Shown here one piece after another: positions 1 to 13,130 of a stretch of 64,000 bases of DNA (positions are counted from its first letter, which is position 1; each line of letters begins with the position of its first letter). A program made the translations under genes and the position numbers. The stretch comes from Mycobacterium sp. (GTDB taxonomy: Bacteria; Actinomycetota; Actinomycetes; Mycobacteriales; Mycobacteriaceae), in the NCBI RefSeq assembly GCF_035314905.1, contig NZ_DATFYW010000205.1:23949-87948 (forward strand), given 5' to 3'. A model generated the notes under the pieces. It saw only the letters and a program-made list of their open reading frames with translations. It did no database searches and was not told the DNA's origin.

Positions 1-291
1 GATCAGCCCGCAGGAACGTTGTCGGGTGGCGAGAAGACCCGGCTTGCGCTGGCGGGGCTCGTCGCGTCGAGGGCCAACGTCCTGCTGCTGGATGAGCCGA
101 CCAACAACCTCGACCCCGCATCACGCGAGCAGGTGCTCGACGCGCTGCGCAGCTACGTCGGGGCCGTGGTGCTGGTCACCCACGACCCGGGCGCCGCCGA
201 AGCGCTCAACCCCGAGCGGGTGGTGCTGCTGCCCGACGGCACCGAGGACTACTGGTCCGAGGAATACCGCGACCTGATCGAGCTCGCCTGA
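1..291 (+). CDS. ABC-F family ATP-binding protein, C-terminal part (Rv1473-like), runs off the left edge
   Basis: Signature LSGGEKTRLALA, Walker B LLLDEPTNNLD, H-loop LVTHD; no TM segments. Confidence 0.9.
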   Translation, partial: DQPAGTLSGGEKTRLALAGLVASRANVLLLDEPTNNLDPASREQVLDALRSYVGAVVLVTHDPGAAEALNPERVVLLPDGTEDYWSEEYRDLIELA

Positions 292-381
292 TCGCTGTCC
301 CAAGAGATTTCGGCCATTTCCCAGCGCAGACTCCGCGATTTTCTCTACCCTCGAATAGCGGGGGTCATCTACAGCGGGGAG

Positions 382-585
382 ATGTCGATGAGGAAGCCGG
401 ACAAGGCTCGCGACGAGTTGTTGCACGAGCTGCGAAGCGCTTACGAGTCGGGCGCCAGCATCAGGACGCTGGTCGCTTCCACGGGCCGTTCCTACGGATC
501 GGTCCACAGCCTGCTGCGAGAGTCGGGCACGACGATGCGCAGCCGCGGCGGCCCGAACCATACCGGGCACCGACGCGTCGGCTAG
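382..585 (+). CDS. Small helix-turn-helix DNA-binding protein (Rv1473A-like)
   Basis: 67 aa, AYESGASIRTLVASTGRSYGSVHSLL HTH pattern; syntenic position. Confidence 0.8.
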   Translation: MSMRKPDKARDELLHELRSAYESGASIRTLVASTGRSYGSVHSLLRESGTTMRSRGGPNHTGHRRVG

Positions 586-1148
586 CGCCGCTGGCGTACC
601 GAGGCCTCGACCAGATCCAGTACCGCAGACAGGCGTGCCGGATCGTCGCCGGAGGCCAACCGCGCCACCAGGCCGTCGAGCACGAGATCGAGATAGGTCT
701 GCAGCACGTCGGCCGGCACGTCGTCGCGCAACCGCCCCGCTTCCTTCTGCCTGCGCAGCCGATCGGCCGTCGCGTCCGACAGCTCGGCCGACCGCTCCGC
801 CCAGCCGCGGTGAAACGCCGGGTCGTTGCGCAGCTTACGGGCGATCTCCAACCGGGTTGCCAGCCAGTCGAACTGATCCGGCGCCGCGAGCATGTCGCGC
901 ATCACCTGAATCAGGCCCTCGCGCGACGCGACGTCTGCCATCCGCTCGGCGTCTTCGTGCGCCAACTCGAAGAACAGCGTGTCCTTGTCGCGGAAGTGGT
1001 GAAAGATCGCACCCCGCGACAGCCCGATCGTCTGCTCCAGGCGGCGCACCGTCGCACGGTCGTAGCCGTACTCGGCGAAGCACCGCCTGGCGCCGTCGAG
1101 GATCTGGCGGCGACGAGCCGCCAGATGGTCCTCGCTGACTCGCGGCAT
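582..1148 (-). CDS. TetR-family regulator (Rv1474c/AcnR-like)
   Basis: N-terminal TetR HTH (ILDGARRCFAEYGYDRATVRRL..GLSRGAIFHHF); directly downstream of acnA. Confidence 0.9.
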   Translation of the reverse strand: MPRVSEDHLAARRRQILDGARRCFAEYGYDRATVRRLEQTIGLSRGAIFHHFRDKDTLFFELAHEDAERMADVASREGLIQVMRDMLAAPDQFDWLATRLEIARKLRNDPAFHRGWAERSAELSDATADRLRRQKEAGRLRDDVPADVLQTYLDLVLDGLVARLASGDDPARLSAVLDLVEASVRQRR

Positions 1149-1166
1149 GGTCGGTGTCCGGCCCGG

Positions 1167-4001
<2,835 letters not shown>

Positions 4002-4043
4002 TTAAGTTGTCCATCGGCGACAGGTGGTGCCGCCGGCCCTTCC

Positions 4044-4066
4044 ATTCTAACAGTACGGTTGTCCTT
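4044..4066 (-). promoter_or_regulatory. acnA -10 (TAGAAT on minus strand) with adjacent candidate AcnR operator CAGTACGGTTGTCCTT
   Basis: attcta at 4044-4049; 4051-4066 is a partial match to the recalled corynebacterial AcnR site CAGNAC-N4-GTACTG. Confidence 0.4.
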
Positions 4067-4172
4067 TATCACGCGGGGTGCCGTTCCGAGGCTGAGTCCA
4101 CGGGATCGCGTACCGTGCCCCTGACAGTGCCTCTAGAAGGCCTCGAGAAGCTTCAGACCGGAGGGCAGCAAC

Positions 4173-4712
4173 ATGCACGGGTTGGCCGGGCCGCAGACGA
4201 TTCCTTTCCTGCCCGCCTACATTCCTCCCGACGTCGACATCAACAAGGTCAACGCCGATGTCGGTGAAGACGGTGTCAGCGCGCCCGCCGCAGAGGTGCC
4301 CGCGTTGCGCCAGGTGGTGGCCGACGCGAAGAAGAAGGGCATCAACCTCAAGATCGTCGTGATCGACGCGAACCCCCCGATCGACACCCCGCTGCGCGAC
4401 ATCGCCACCGAAGTCGGGCATGCCTACCCCGGCTCTACCGTGCTGGCGATCTCTCCGTCCTTCGCGGGCACCTACAGCCCGGTGTTCGACCGGGTCACCC
4501 TCGAAGCCGGCCAGGACATCGCGAAAACCGGCAATCCGGTGCAGTCGGCACAGAATTTCCTCGGCGAGTTGACGACGCCGCATTTCCCGTGGACCGCATT
4601 GACCATCGTGCTGGTCGTCGTTGTTGGCGCGGCGGCGGTCGCAATGCGTTTACTGCAGGTGCGTGGCAAACGCGCCAGCGCCTCAGAAGCGGGCGTTGGC
4701 GCCGACAGCTAA
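4173..4712 (+). CDS. Membrane protein (Rv1476-like)
   Basis: Starts with IPxYIPPDVD; single C-terminal TM helix; synteny between acnA and ripA. Confidence 0.8.
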   Translation: MHGLAGPQTIPFLPAYIPPDVDINKVNADVGEDGVSAPAAEVPALRQVVADAKKKGINLKIVVIDANPPIDTPLRDIATEVGHAYPGSTVLAISPSFAGTYSPVFDRVTLEAGQDIAKTGNPVQSAQNFLGELTTPHFPWTALTIVLVVVVGAAAVAMRLLQVRGKRASASEAGVGADS

Positions 4713-4752
4713 GTCTTTTTCCGGACCCCAAGCGCGCGTTAATACCGACCGG

Positions 4753-4769
4753 GTCACTATTCGGTCACG
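4753..4769 (+). promoter_or_regulatory. Candidate MtrA box upstream of ripA
   Basis: GTCAC direct repeat at 4753 and 4764 (11-bp period); ripA is an established MtrA target. Confidence 0.5.
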
Positions 4770-4917
4770 CTCTATTTAATTACAGCGCTGTAGTTTGTGA
4801 CTAAAGTTTCTTTAGTGTCAGATGTGACGTACGGTGCCTATGGCGTCTTCTGTTGTAGAAGTGTCTCCAGTGACTGCTGGGTACGTTCGCATTTGAGCCG
4901 TAGGAGTCCTGAGTCGG

Positions 4918-6306
4918 ATGAGACGCACCAGCGCGTCAGCGTGTGCGGTGGCGGTGGCTGTCGGGTTGCTGCTCGGTACGCCCGGCCTGGCCGCCGGTGA
5001 GCCCCAACCGGCCGACCCCAACTCGCTGGCCTCGCTCATCGCACAGGTCGCCGACGCGAATCAGAAACTGCAGGACATCGGCGCGGCGATACAGATGCGC
5101 CAGGAGAGCGTCAACAAGGCCATCGCCGACGTGCAGACCGCGCGGGATGCCGCGGATGCGGCCAGGCAAGACGTCGACTCCAGCCAGCGCGCCGTCGCGG
5201 ACGCCGACGCCGCGATCGCCGGCGCCCAACAGCGGTTCAACACCTTCGCCGCCGCCACCTACGTCAACGGCCCGTCGGCCTCATATCTGACCGCCAAGAA
5301 TCCCGATGACATGATCTCGACCGCGTCGACCGGTCAAGCCCTGGCCATCAGTTCCCAGCGGGTGATGACCGACCTCCTGCGGGCGCGCACCGAGCAGGCG
5401 AACAAGGAGTCGGCCGCGAGGGCCGCCCAGCAGAAGGCCGACAAGGCCGTCGCAGACGCACAGCACAGCCAGGACGACGCGGTGGCCGCGCTCGTCGACG
5501 CCCAGAAGCAGTTCGGCACTCAGCAGGCGGAGATCAACCGGTTGGCCGCCGAGCGCAACGCCGCGCAGTCCCGGCTCGCCGCCGCCAAGGCGGAGTGGGC
5601 CACGTCGGCCGCACACGTCCCGGGCAGCACGGACCGCTGGGGTAATCCGCAAGCCGCGCCGGGCGCGCCCGCACCGCCGCCGGCGGCCAACGCCTGGGAC
5701 AGCCCGTGGGACCCCACGCTGCCCGCGGTGCCGAGCGCGAACGTCCCCGGTGACCCCATCGCAATCATCAACTCCGTGCTGGGCGTCTCGGCCACGTCGG
5801 CGCAGGTAACCGCCAACATGGGCCGCAATTTCCTGCGCATGGTCGGCATTCTGCCCACGCCGACCGGCTACACCAACAACGGGGCCATTCCGCGGGTCTA
5901 CGGCAGGCAGGCCTCCGAATACGTCATCGGCCGGGCGATGTCCCAGATCGGCGTCCCGTACTCGTGGGGGGGCGGGAACGCGGCCGGCCCGAGCCGCGGA
6001 ATCGACGACGGCGCGGGCACCGTCGGCTTCGACTGTTCCGGGCTGATCCTCTACGCGTTCGCAGGCGTCGGCATCCGGCTGCCGCACTACTCGGGGTCGC
6101 AGTACAACATGGGCCGCAAAATCCCGGCGGCCGAGATGCGCCGCGGCGACGTCATCTTCTACGGCCCCGGCGGCAGCCAACACGTGACCCTCTACCTCGG
6201 CGACGGCCAGATGCTGGAGGCCCCGTACACGGGCTCGACCGTGAAGATCTCGCCGGTCCGCACCAGCGGCATGACGCCGTACGTCGTCCGTTACATCGAG
6301 TACTGA
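4918..6306 (+). CDS. ripA: NlpC/P60 peptidoglycan endopeptidase RipA
   Basis: Signal peptide, coiled coil, YSWGGG..GFDCSGL..HV catalytic domain. Confidence 0.93.
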   Translation: MRRTSASACAVAVAVGLLLGTPGLAAGEPQPADPNSLASLIAQVADANQKLQDIGAAIQMRQESVNKAIADVQTARDAADAARQDVDSSQRAVADADAAIAGAQQRFNTFAAATYVNGPSASYLTAKNPDDMISTASTGQALAISSQRVMTDLLRARTEQANKESAARAAQQKADKAVADAQHSQDDAVAALVDAQKQFGTQQAEINRLAAERNAAQSRLAAAKAEWATSAAHVPGSTDRWGNPQAAPGAPAPPPAANAWDSPWDPTLPAVPSANVPGDPIAIINSVLGVSATSAQVTANMGRNFLRMVGILPTPTGYTNNGAIPRVYGRQASEYVIGRAMSQIGVPYSWGGGNAAGPSRGIDDGAGTVGFDCSGLILYAFAGVGIRLPHYSGSQYNMGRKIPAAEMRRGDVIFYGPGGSQHVTLYLGDGQMLEAPYTGSTVKISPVRTSGMTPYVVRYIEY

Positions 6307-6320
6307 GCAGGTGGTGAACT

Positions 6321-7016
6321 GTGCTGCGTAATAACAGAATTGCGACGGCCGTGCTGGTAGCCGTCGCACTGCTGTTCGGACTGGCCACACCGGCGATGGC
6401 CGACGACAACAGTCAGTGGGACCCGACGCTGCCGAAGACAGCCAGCGCCGGCGCGCCGGGTGATCCGGTCGCGATCGCCAACGCGTCACTGCAGGCCACC
6501 AACATCGCCACCCAGACCACGCTGGACCTCGGCCGCAAGTTCCTCGGCGGTCTGGGCCTCTTCGGCAACGAAAACAACAGCGTTGCGCCCGGGCGCATCA
6601 ACCGGGTGTACGGCAGGCAGGCCATCGAATACGTGATCCGGCGGGGCGGCTCCCAGATGGGCGTCCCCTATTCCTGGGGCGGCGGCACCCTGACCGGCCC
6701 CAGCACGGGTATCGACGACGGGGCGAACACAGTGGGCTTCGACTGTTCGGGGCTGATGCGCTACATGTTCGCCGGCGTCGGAGTGCTGATCCCGCGGTTC
6801 TCCGGTGACCAGTACAACGCCGGGCGGCACATCCCGCCGTCGCAGGCCCAGCGGGGTGACCTGATCTTCTACGGGCCGGGCGGCAGCCAACACGTCACGA
6901 TGTACCTGGGCAACGGCCAGATGCTGGAGGCGTCGTCGCTGGTCGGCAAAGTCACCGTCAGCCCGGTGCGGACCCCGGGAATGACGCCGTACCTGACCCG
7001 GATCATCGAAAGCTGA
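6321..7016 (+). CDS. ripB: NlpC/P60 peptidoglycan endopeptidase RipB
   Basis: Signal peptide; YSWGGG..GFDCSGL; tandem paralog of ripA. Confidence 0.93.
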   Translation: MLRNNRIATAVLVAVALLFGLATPAMADDNSQWDPTLPKTASAGAPGDPVAIANASLQATNIATQTTLDLGRKFLGGLGLFGNENNSVAPGRINRVYGRQAIEYVIRRGGSQMGVPYSWGGGTLTGPSTGIDDGANTVGFDCSGLMRYMFAGVGVLIPRFSGDQYNAGRHIPPSQAQRGDLIFYGPGGSQHVTMYLGNGQMLEASSLVGKVTVSPVRTPGMTPYLTRIIES

Positions 7017-7123
7017 CGCGCCGCGCCCAGCGGCTCGCTTAGCGAACCTACGTCGACGGATTCCGGAGTGCCTGGAATAGTTGACGACGGACATGTCGTA
7101 ACGACTCCGTGGGAGGATCCTCG

Positions 7124-8272
7124 ATGACGTCAGCAGGTGGGCCGCCGCAGGGCGCCGGAAACTTTTCGGGGCCAGGTGGGGGACCCGGTTACCCGGGTGC
7201 CCACGCCGCGCCGCCGCAGCCCCCGGGCAACAACGGCGGGCTGTCCGGCGAGGTGCACACACTCGAGCGCGCCATCTACGAGGTCAAGCGGATCATCGTG
7301 GGCCAGGACCAGCTCGTCGAGCGGATGCTCGTCGGCCTGCTGGCCAGGGGGCATGTGCTGCTCGAAGGGGTACCCGGCGTGGCCAAGACGTTGGCCGTCG
7401 AGACGTTCGCGCGGGTGGTCGGCGGCTCGTTCGCCCGCATCCAGTTCACGCCCGACCTGGTGCCCACCGACATCGTGGGCACCAGGATCTACCGGCAGGG
7501 CAAGGAGCAGTTCGACATCGAGCTCGGCCCGGTGGTGGCCAACTTCATCCTCGCCGACGAGATCAACCGCGCCCCGGCCAAGGTGCAGTCGGCGCTGCTC
7601 GAGGTGATGGCCGAACGCCACGTGTCGATCGGCGGCAAGACGTTCCCGATGCCGAAGCCGTTCCTGGTCATGGCGACACAGAACCCGATCGAGCAGGAGG
7701 GCGTCTACGCGCTGCCCGAGGCCCAGCGCGACCGCTTCCTGTTCAAGATCAACATCGACTACCCGACGCCCGAGGAAGAGCGCGAGATCATCTACCGGAT
7801 GGGCGTCACGCCGCCGGAGCCCAAGCAGATCCTCGACCCGGGCGACCTGCTCCGGTTGCAGGACGTGGCCAGCAACAACTTCGTGCACCACGCGCTGGTC
7901 GACTACGTGGTGCGCGCCGTAACCGCCACCCGTCGCCCGGAGCAGTTCGGCATGCCCGACGTCCGCGCCTGGGTCGCCTACGGTGCGTCGCCGCGCGCCT
8001 CGCTGGGCATCATCGCCGCCGCCCGGGCGCTGGCCCTGGTCCGCGGTCGCGACTACGTGATCCCGCAGGACGTCATCGAGGTCGTTCCCGACGTGCTGCG
8101 CCACCGGCTGGTGCTCACCTACGACGCGCTGGCCGATGAGATCTCGCCGGAGACCGTGATCAACCGAATCCTGCAGACGGTTGCCTTGCCGCAGGTCAAT
8201 GCCGCTCCGCAGCAAGGACATTCGGTGGCGCCGGTGGTGCCCGCCGCAGCGGCCGCGGCTAGCGGTCGGTGA
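7124..8272 (+). CDS. moxR1: MoxR AAA+ ATPase
   Basis: LLEGVPGVAKT, RIQFTPDLVPTD, LADEINRAPAKVQSALLE, ATQNPIEQEG; SD ggagga. Confidence 0.95.
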   Translation: MTSAGGPPQGAGNFSGPGGGPGYPGAHAAPPQPPGNNGGLSGEVHTLERAIYEVKRIIVGQDQLVERMLVGLLARGHVLLEGVPGVAKTLAVETFARVVGGSFARIQFTPDLVPTDIVGTRIYRQGKEQFDIELGPVVANFILADEINRAPAKVQSALLEVMAERHVSIGGKTFPMPKPFLVMATQNPIEQEGVYALPEAQRDRFLFKINIDYPTPEEEREIIYRMGVTPPEPKQILDPGDLLRLQDVASNNFVHHALVDYVVRAVTATRRPEQFGMPDVRAWVAYGASPRASLGIIAAARALALVRGRDYVIPQDVIEVVPDVLRHRLVLTYDALADEISPETVINRILQTVALPQVNAAPQQGHSVAPVVPAAAAAASGR

Positions 8273-9219
8273 CCCGCTCCGAGGGGCGGACGGTCGACCT
8301 TCCGTCGCTGCAGCGCGGTCAGATCCGCGACCCGGAACTCTCGGCGGCGCTGCGCAAGCTGGAGCTGACGGTTCGGCGCAAGCTGGACGGCGTCCTGCAC
8401 GGCGACCACCTCGGTCTGATCCCGGGACCCGGTTCGGAGCCGGGCGAGTCGCGGATCTACCAGCCCGGCGACGATGTGCGGCGCATGGATTGGTCGGTGA
8501 CGGCGCGCACCGCCACCCCGCACGTGCGGCGGATGATCGCCGACCGGGAGCTGGAGACCTGGCTGGTGGTCGACATGTCCGCCAGTCTGGATTTCGGCAC
8601 CAGCGGCTGCGAGAAGCGCGACCTAGCGGTGGCGGCCGCCGCGGCGATCGCATTTCTCAACAGCGGTGGCGGCAATCGCCTTGGCGCGCTGATTGCCAAC
8701 GGGGAGAAGATCATCCGCGTTCCCGCGCGGTCAGGCCGGATGCACGAGAACACATTGCTGCGTGCGATCGCGACATCACCGAAGGCGCCGGTGGGTGTGC
8801 GCGGCGACCTGGCCACGGCGATCGACGCGCTGCGCCGCCCGGAGCGCCGGCGCGGCATGGCGGTGATCATCAGCGACTTCCTCGGGCCGATCAACTGGAT
8901 GCGGCCACTGCGGGCCATTGCCGGGCGCCACGAGGTGCTGGGCATCGAGGTGATCGACCCGCGCGACGTCGAGCTGCCCGACGTCGGCGACGTGATCCTG
9001 CAGGACGCCGAATCGGGTGTGGTGCGGGAATTCACCATCGACACGCAGTTGCGTGACGACTTCGAAAAAGCCGCGGCTGCGCACCGTGCCGAGGTGGCAC
9101 GCACCCTCCGGCGGTGCGACGCGCCGGTGCTGACGCTGCGAACGGACCGGGACTGGATCGCCGACGTCGTCCGCTTCGTCGCCAGCCGCCGCCGCGGAGC
9201 ACTGGCGGGACGCCGATAG
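8269..9219 (+). CDS. DUF58 domain protein (Rv1480-like)
   Basis: RxYQPGDDVRRMDW, VVDMSASLDFG, VIISDF; overlaps moxR1 stop. Confidence 0.92.
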   Translation: MTRSEGRTVDLPSLQRGQIRDPELSAALRKLELTVRRKLDGVLHGDHLGLIPGPGSEPGESRIYQPGDDVRRMDWSVTARTATPHVRRMIADRELETWLVVDMSASLDFGTSGCEKRDLAVAAAAAIAFLNSGGGNRLGALIANGEKIIRVPARSGRMHENTLLRAIATSPKAPVGVRGDLATAIDALRRPERRRGMAVIISDFLGPINWMRPLRAIAGRHEVLGIEVIDPRDVELPDVGDVILQDAESGVVREFTIDTQLRDDFEKAAAAHRAEVARTLRRCDAPVLTLRTDRDWIADVVRFVASRRRGALAGRR

Positions 9220-9233
9220 GCAAACCACATCGG

Positions 9234-9284
9234 TGAAATGACATGCCTGAAATGACATCAACGAATCACACGCGTGAAATGACA
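9234..9284 (+). repeat. Three direct copies of TGAAATGACA
   Basis: Copies start at 9234, 9248 and 9275; the third lies in the palindrome GCGTG-AAATGA-CACGC. Confidence 0.85.
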
Positions 9285-9306
9285 CGCCTCGCAGACGCAT
9301 GAGCCA

Positions 9307-9610
9307 GGCCCGATATCGCTGTCGGGTTCGCTCAGGCGTGGTACTTCGTCTTCTTGCTTGTCATCCCCGGCCTGATCGCTTCCTACATCGTCGTCCATTT
9401 GGCGCTATCGGCGAGTGTTGCGGTTCGCCAACATGGAGCTGCTGGAAAGCGTTGCGCCGCAGCGTCCCAGCAAGTGGGCGCACCCACCGGCGATCCTGTT
9501 GGCGCCGTCGCTGGTGCTTTTCACGATCTGCGATGGCCGGTCGCACCCACGACGTGCGAATCGCGCGCACCCGCGCGGTGGTGATGCGGGTGGTCGACGC
9601 GTCGCAGTCC
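9307..9610 (+). pseudogene. Decayed N-terminal remnant of the VWA-domain protein (Rv1481-like)
   Basis: Four pieces across three frameshifts: GPISLSG / [25 protein letters not shown] / [29 protein letters not shown] / [27 protein letters not shown]; homology ends at the MIDAS DxSxS. Confidence 0.88.
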
Positions 9611-9645
9611 TCGTTCGCTGGCCGATTCGGTCCCCGTGCAGGTGA

Positions 9646-10437
<792 letters not shown>

Positions 10438-10463
10438 CGGGCCCCGACAGATCAAGGACGGAC

Positions 10464-11270
10464 ATGACAGGACTGCTCGAAGGCAAACGGATCCTGGTCA
10501 CCGGGATCATCACCGACTCGTCGATCGCGTTCCACATCGCGCGGGTGGCGCACGAGGCCGGCGCCGAGCTGGTGCTCACCGGTTTCGACCGGATGCGGCT
10601 GATCCAGCGCATCGTCGACCGGCTGCCGGCCAAGGCGCCGCTGCTGGAGCTCGACGTGCAGAACGACGAGCACCTGAACACCCTGGCGGAGCGAGTGACG
10701 GAGGTGATCGGCGAGGGCAACAAGCTCGACGGCGTCGTGCACTCAATCGGTTTCATGCCGCGCAGCGGCATGGGCGAGTTCCCCTTCCTCGACGCGCCGT
10801 TCGAGGACGTGGCCAGGGGCATCCACATCTCCGCGTACTCCTACGCGTCACTGGCCAAGGCGCTGCTGCCGATCATGAGCCGTGGCGGTGCGTTCGTCGG
10901 GATGGACTTTGATCCCACACGTGCGATGCCGTTCTACAACTGGATGACCGTGGCCAAGAGCGCGCTCGAATCCGTCAACCGGTTCGTGGCACGCGAGGCC
11001 GGTCCACACGGAGTTCGGTCGAATCTCGTTGCGGCCGGGCCGATTCGAACGCTGGCGATGAGCGCGATCGTCGGCGCCGGGATCGCCGGCATCAGCGATC
11101 AGATGCAGCTGCTCGAACAGGGCTGGGACCAGCGCGCGCCGATCGGCTGGGACATGAAGGACGCCGAGCCGGTGGCCAAGACCGTGTGCGCCCTGCTGTC
11201 GGACTGGCTGCCGGCCACCACCGGGTCGATCATCTACGCCGATGGCGGCGCGCATACGCAGCTGCTCTAG
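10464..11270 (+). CDS. inhA: NADH-dependent enoyl-ACP reductase InhA
   Basis: [49 protein letters not shown]; 268 aa. Confidence 0.97.
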   Translation: MTGLLEGKRILVTGIITDSSIAFHIARVAHEAGAELVLTGFDRMRLIQRIVDRLPAKAPLLELDVQNDEHLNTLAERVTEVIGEGNKLDGVVHSIGFMPRSGMGEFPFLDAPFEDVARGIHISAYSYASLAKALLPIMSRGGAFVGMDFDPTRAMPFYNWMTVAKSALESVNRFVAREAGPHGVRSNLVAAGPIRTLAMSAIVGAGIAGISDQMQLLEQGWDQRAPIGWDMKDAEPVAKTVCALLSDWLPATTGSIIYADGGAHTQLL

Positions 11271-11286
11271 TCTCGTCCAGCCTCGC

Positions 11287-12321
11287 ATGGAATTCGACGC
11301 GGTCCTGCTGTTGTCCTTCGGCGGCCCCGAAGGTCCGGAGCAGGTGCTGCCGTTCCTGGAGAACGTCACCCGGGGCCGCGGAGTACCACGGGAGCGGCTC
11401 GCTGACGTCGCCGGGCATTACATGCATTTCGGCGGGGTGTCGCCGATCAACGGCATCAACCGGGCGCTGATCGACCAGATTCGCGTCGAGCTCGGTGCGC
11501 GCGGTGAAGAGCTGCCGGTGTATTTCGGTAACCGCAACTGGGAACCCTACGTGGAGGACGCCGTCGCGGCGATGCGTGACGACGGGGTGCGGCGGGCGGC
11601 GGTGTTCACCACCTCGGCGTGGGGCGGCTACTCGGGCTGCACACAGTATCTCGAAGACATCGCGCGGGCGCGGCAGGCCGCGGGCCAAGGCGCGCCGGAG
11701 CTGGTGAAGTTACGGCAGTTCTTCGACCATCCGCTGTTCATCGAGATCTTCGCCGACGCGATCGGCGCCGCGGCGGCGACGCTGCCGGAGCAATTGCGCG
11801 CGGACGCCCGGCTGGTTTTCACCGCGCATTCGATTCCGTTGGGCGCCTCGTCGCGCTGCGGGCGGGACCTGTACAGCCGCCAGGTGGGGTACGCGTCGCG
11901 GTTGGTGGCCGACGCGGCGGGCTATGCCGACTACGACCAGGTGTGGCAGTCACGATCGGGACCACCGCAGGTGCCGTGGCTGGAACCCGATGTCGTTGAT
12001 CATCTGAGGAAGCTCAACGCGGAGGGCGTTCCCGCCGTCATCGTCTGCCCGATCGGCTTCGTCGCCGACCACATCGAGGTGGTGTGGGATCTCGACCTGG
12101 AGCTGCGCCAGCAGGCCCAGGCGGGCGGCATCGCGTTCGCGCGGGCTTCGACACCCAATGCCGACCCGAGGTTCGCCCGACTGGTCGTCGATCTGATCGA
12201 CGAGCTGCGCCACGGCCGCGAACCCGCGAGAGTGGTTGGGCAGGAATCAGTTCCGGGTTACGGTTGCAGTGTCAACGCGCTGCCCTGCTCGCCGGACTGC
12301 AGCGTCGGCCCAGGGCGCTGA
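11287..12321 (+). CDS. hemH: Ferrochelatase
   Basis: [34 protein letters not shown]; C-terminal Cys residues. Confidence 0.95.
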   Translation: MEFDAVLLLSFGGPEGPEQVLPFLENVTRGRGVPRERLADVAGHYMHFGGVSPINGINRALIDQIRVELGARGEELPVYFGNRNWEPYVEDAVAAMRDDGVRRAAVFTTSAWGGYSGCTQYLEDIARARQAAGQGAPELVKLRQFFDHPLFIEIFADAIGAAAATLPEQLRADARLVFTAHSIPLGASSRCGRDLYSRQVGYASRLVADAAGYADYDQVWQSRSGPPQVPWLEPDVVDHLRKLNAEGVPAVIVCPIGFVADHIEVVWDLDLELRQQAQAGGIAFARASTPNADPRFARLVVDLIDELRHGREPARVVGQESVPGYGCSVNALPCSPDCSVGPGR

Positions 12322-12377
12322 CCCGTCCGGCAGGCTCGATTGTCGACGAGTCCGCCGAATCTGCAAGACTCGGATTC

Positions 12378-13130
12378 ATGGGCACAGGCGTCGGGCTTCG
12401 CGCTTCGGTGCGGGCATGTTTGTTCGATCTCGACGGCGTGTTGACGGAGACGGCCAAGGTCCACGCGGCCGCGTGGAAGGAGATGTTCGACGACTTCCTC
12501 CGTCGATACGCGCAGAAGACCGGTACGGCGTTCGTGCCATTCGATCCGGTGACCGACTACGACACCTATGTCGACGGCAAGCCCCGCGCCGACGGCACGC
12601 GATCGTTTCTGGAGTCCCGCGGGATCTCGTTGCCCGAAGGCTCCCCGGACGACCCGCCCGAGGCGGACACCGTGCACGGTCTGGGGACGAGAAAGAACGA
12701 CATCGTGTTGCGGACGATCCATCGCGACGGCGTCCAGGCGTTTCCGGGGTCTGTCAGCTACGTGCGCGCGGTCCGCGATGCGGGTCTGCCCCGCGCCGTG
12801 GTCTCGTCGAGTTCGAACTGCCGGGATGTGTTGGTGGCTGCGGGTATCGAGGACCTCTTCGACGCGCGCATCGACGGATTGACCGCCGAGGCTGAGCATC
12901 TGCGCGGCAAGCCCGCACCGGACACGTTTCTGGCGGGCGCCCGCGCGTTGGGTGTCGAGCCGTCGCAAGCCGCGGTGTTCGAGGACGCGCTGGCCGGCGT
13001 CGAGGCAGGGCGAGCCGGACAATTTGGCATGGTCGTCGGCGTGAACCGGGCCGATCAGGCCGACGCGCTGCGCCAGCACGGAGCCGACGTCGTGGTCAAC
13101 GACCTTTCTGAACTGCTCGAGCCGCAATGA
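12378..13130 (+). CDS. Beta-phosphoglucomutase-family HAD hydrolase
   Basis: [33 protein letters not shown]. Confidence 0.9.
   Translation: MGTGVGLRASVRACLFDLDGVLTETAKVHAAAWKEMFDDFLRRYAQKTGTAFVPFDPVTDYDTYVDGKPRADGTRSFLESRGISLPEGSPDDPPEADTVHGLGTRKNDIVLRTIHRDGVQAFPGSVSYVRAVRDAGLPRAVVSSSSNCRDVLVAAGIEDLFDARIDGLTAEAEHLRGKPAPDTFLAGARALGVEPSQAAVFEDALAGVEAGRAGQFGMVVGVNRADQADALRQHGADVVVNDLSELLEPQ

Noticed and set aside
5860-7016. Near-identical DNA stretches at about 5.9-6.3 kb and 6.6-7.0 kb
   Set aside because: Explained by the paralogous NlpC/P60 domains of ripA and ripB.
9234-9284. Triple repeat considered as a CRISPR array or IS end
   Set aside because: Repeats are only 10 bp with 4- and 17-nt gaps; no cas or transposase gene is nearby.
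12084-12377. Upstream extension of the beta-PGM ORF
   Set aside because: It overlaps hemH in another frame and is low complexity; the HAD domain begins just after ATG 12378.
12322-12377. TGTCGA upstream of beta-PGM as a second ECF42 promoter
   Set aside because: No CG(A/T)C -10 at the required spacing.
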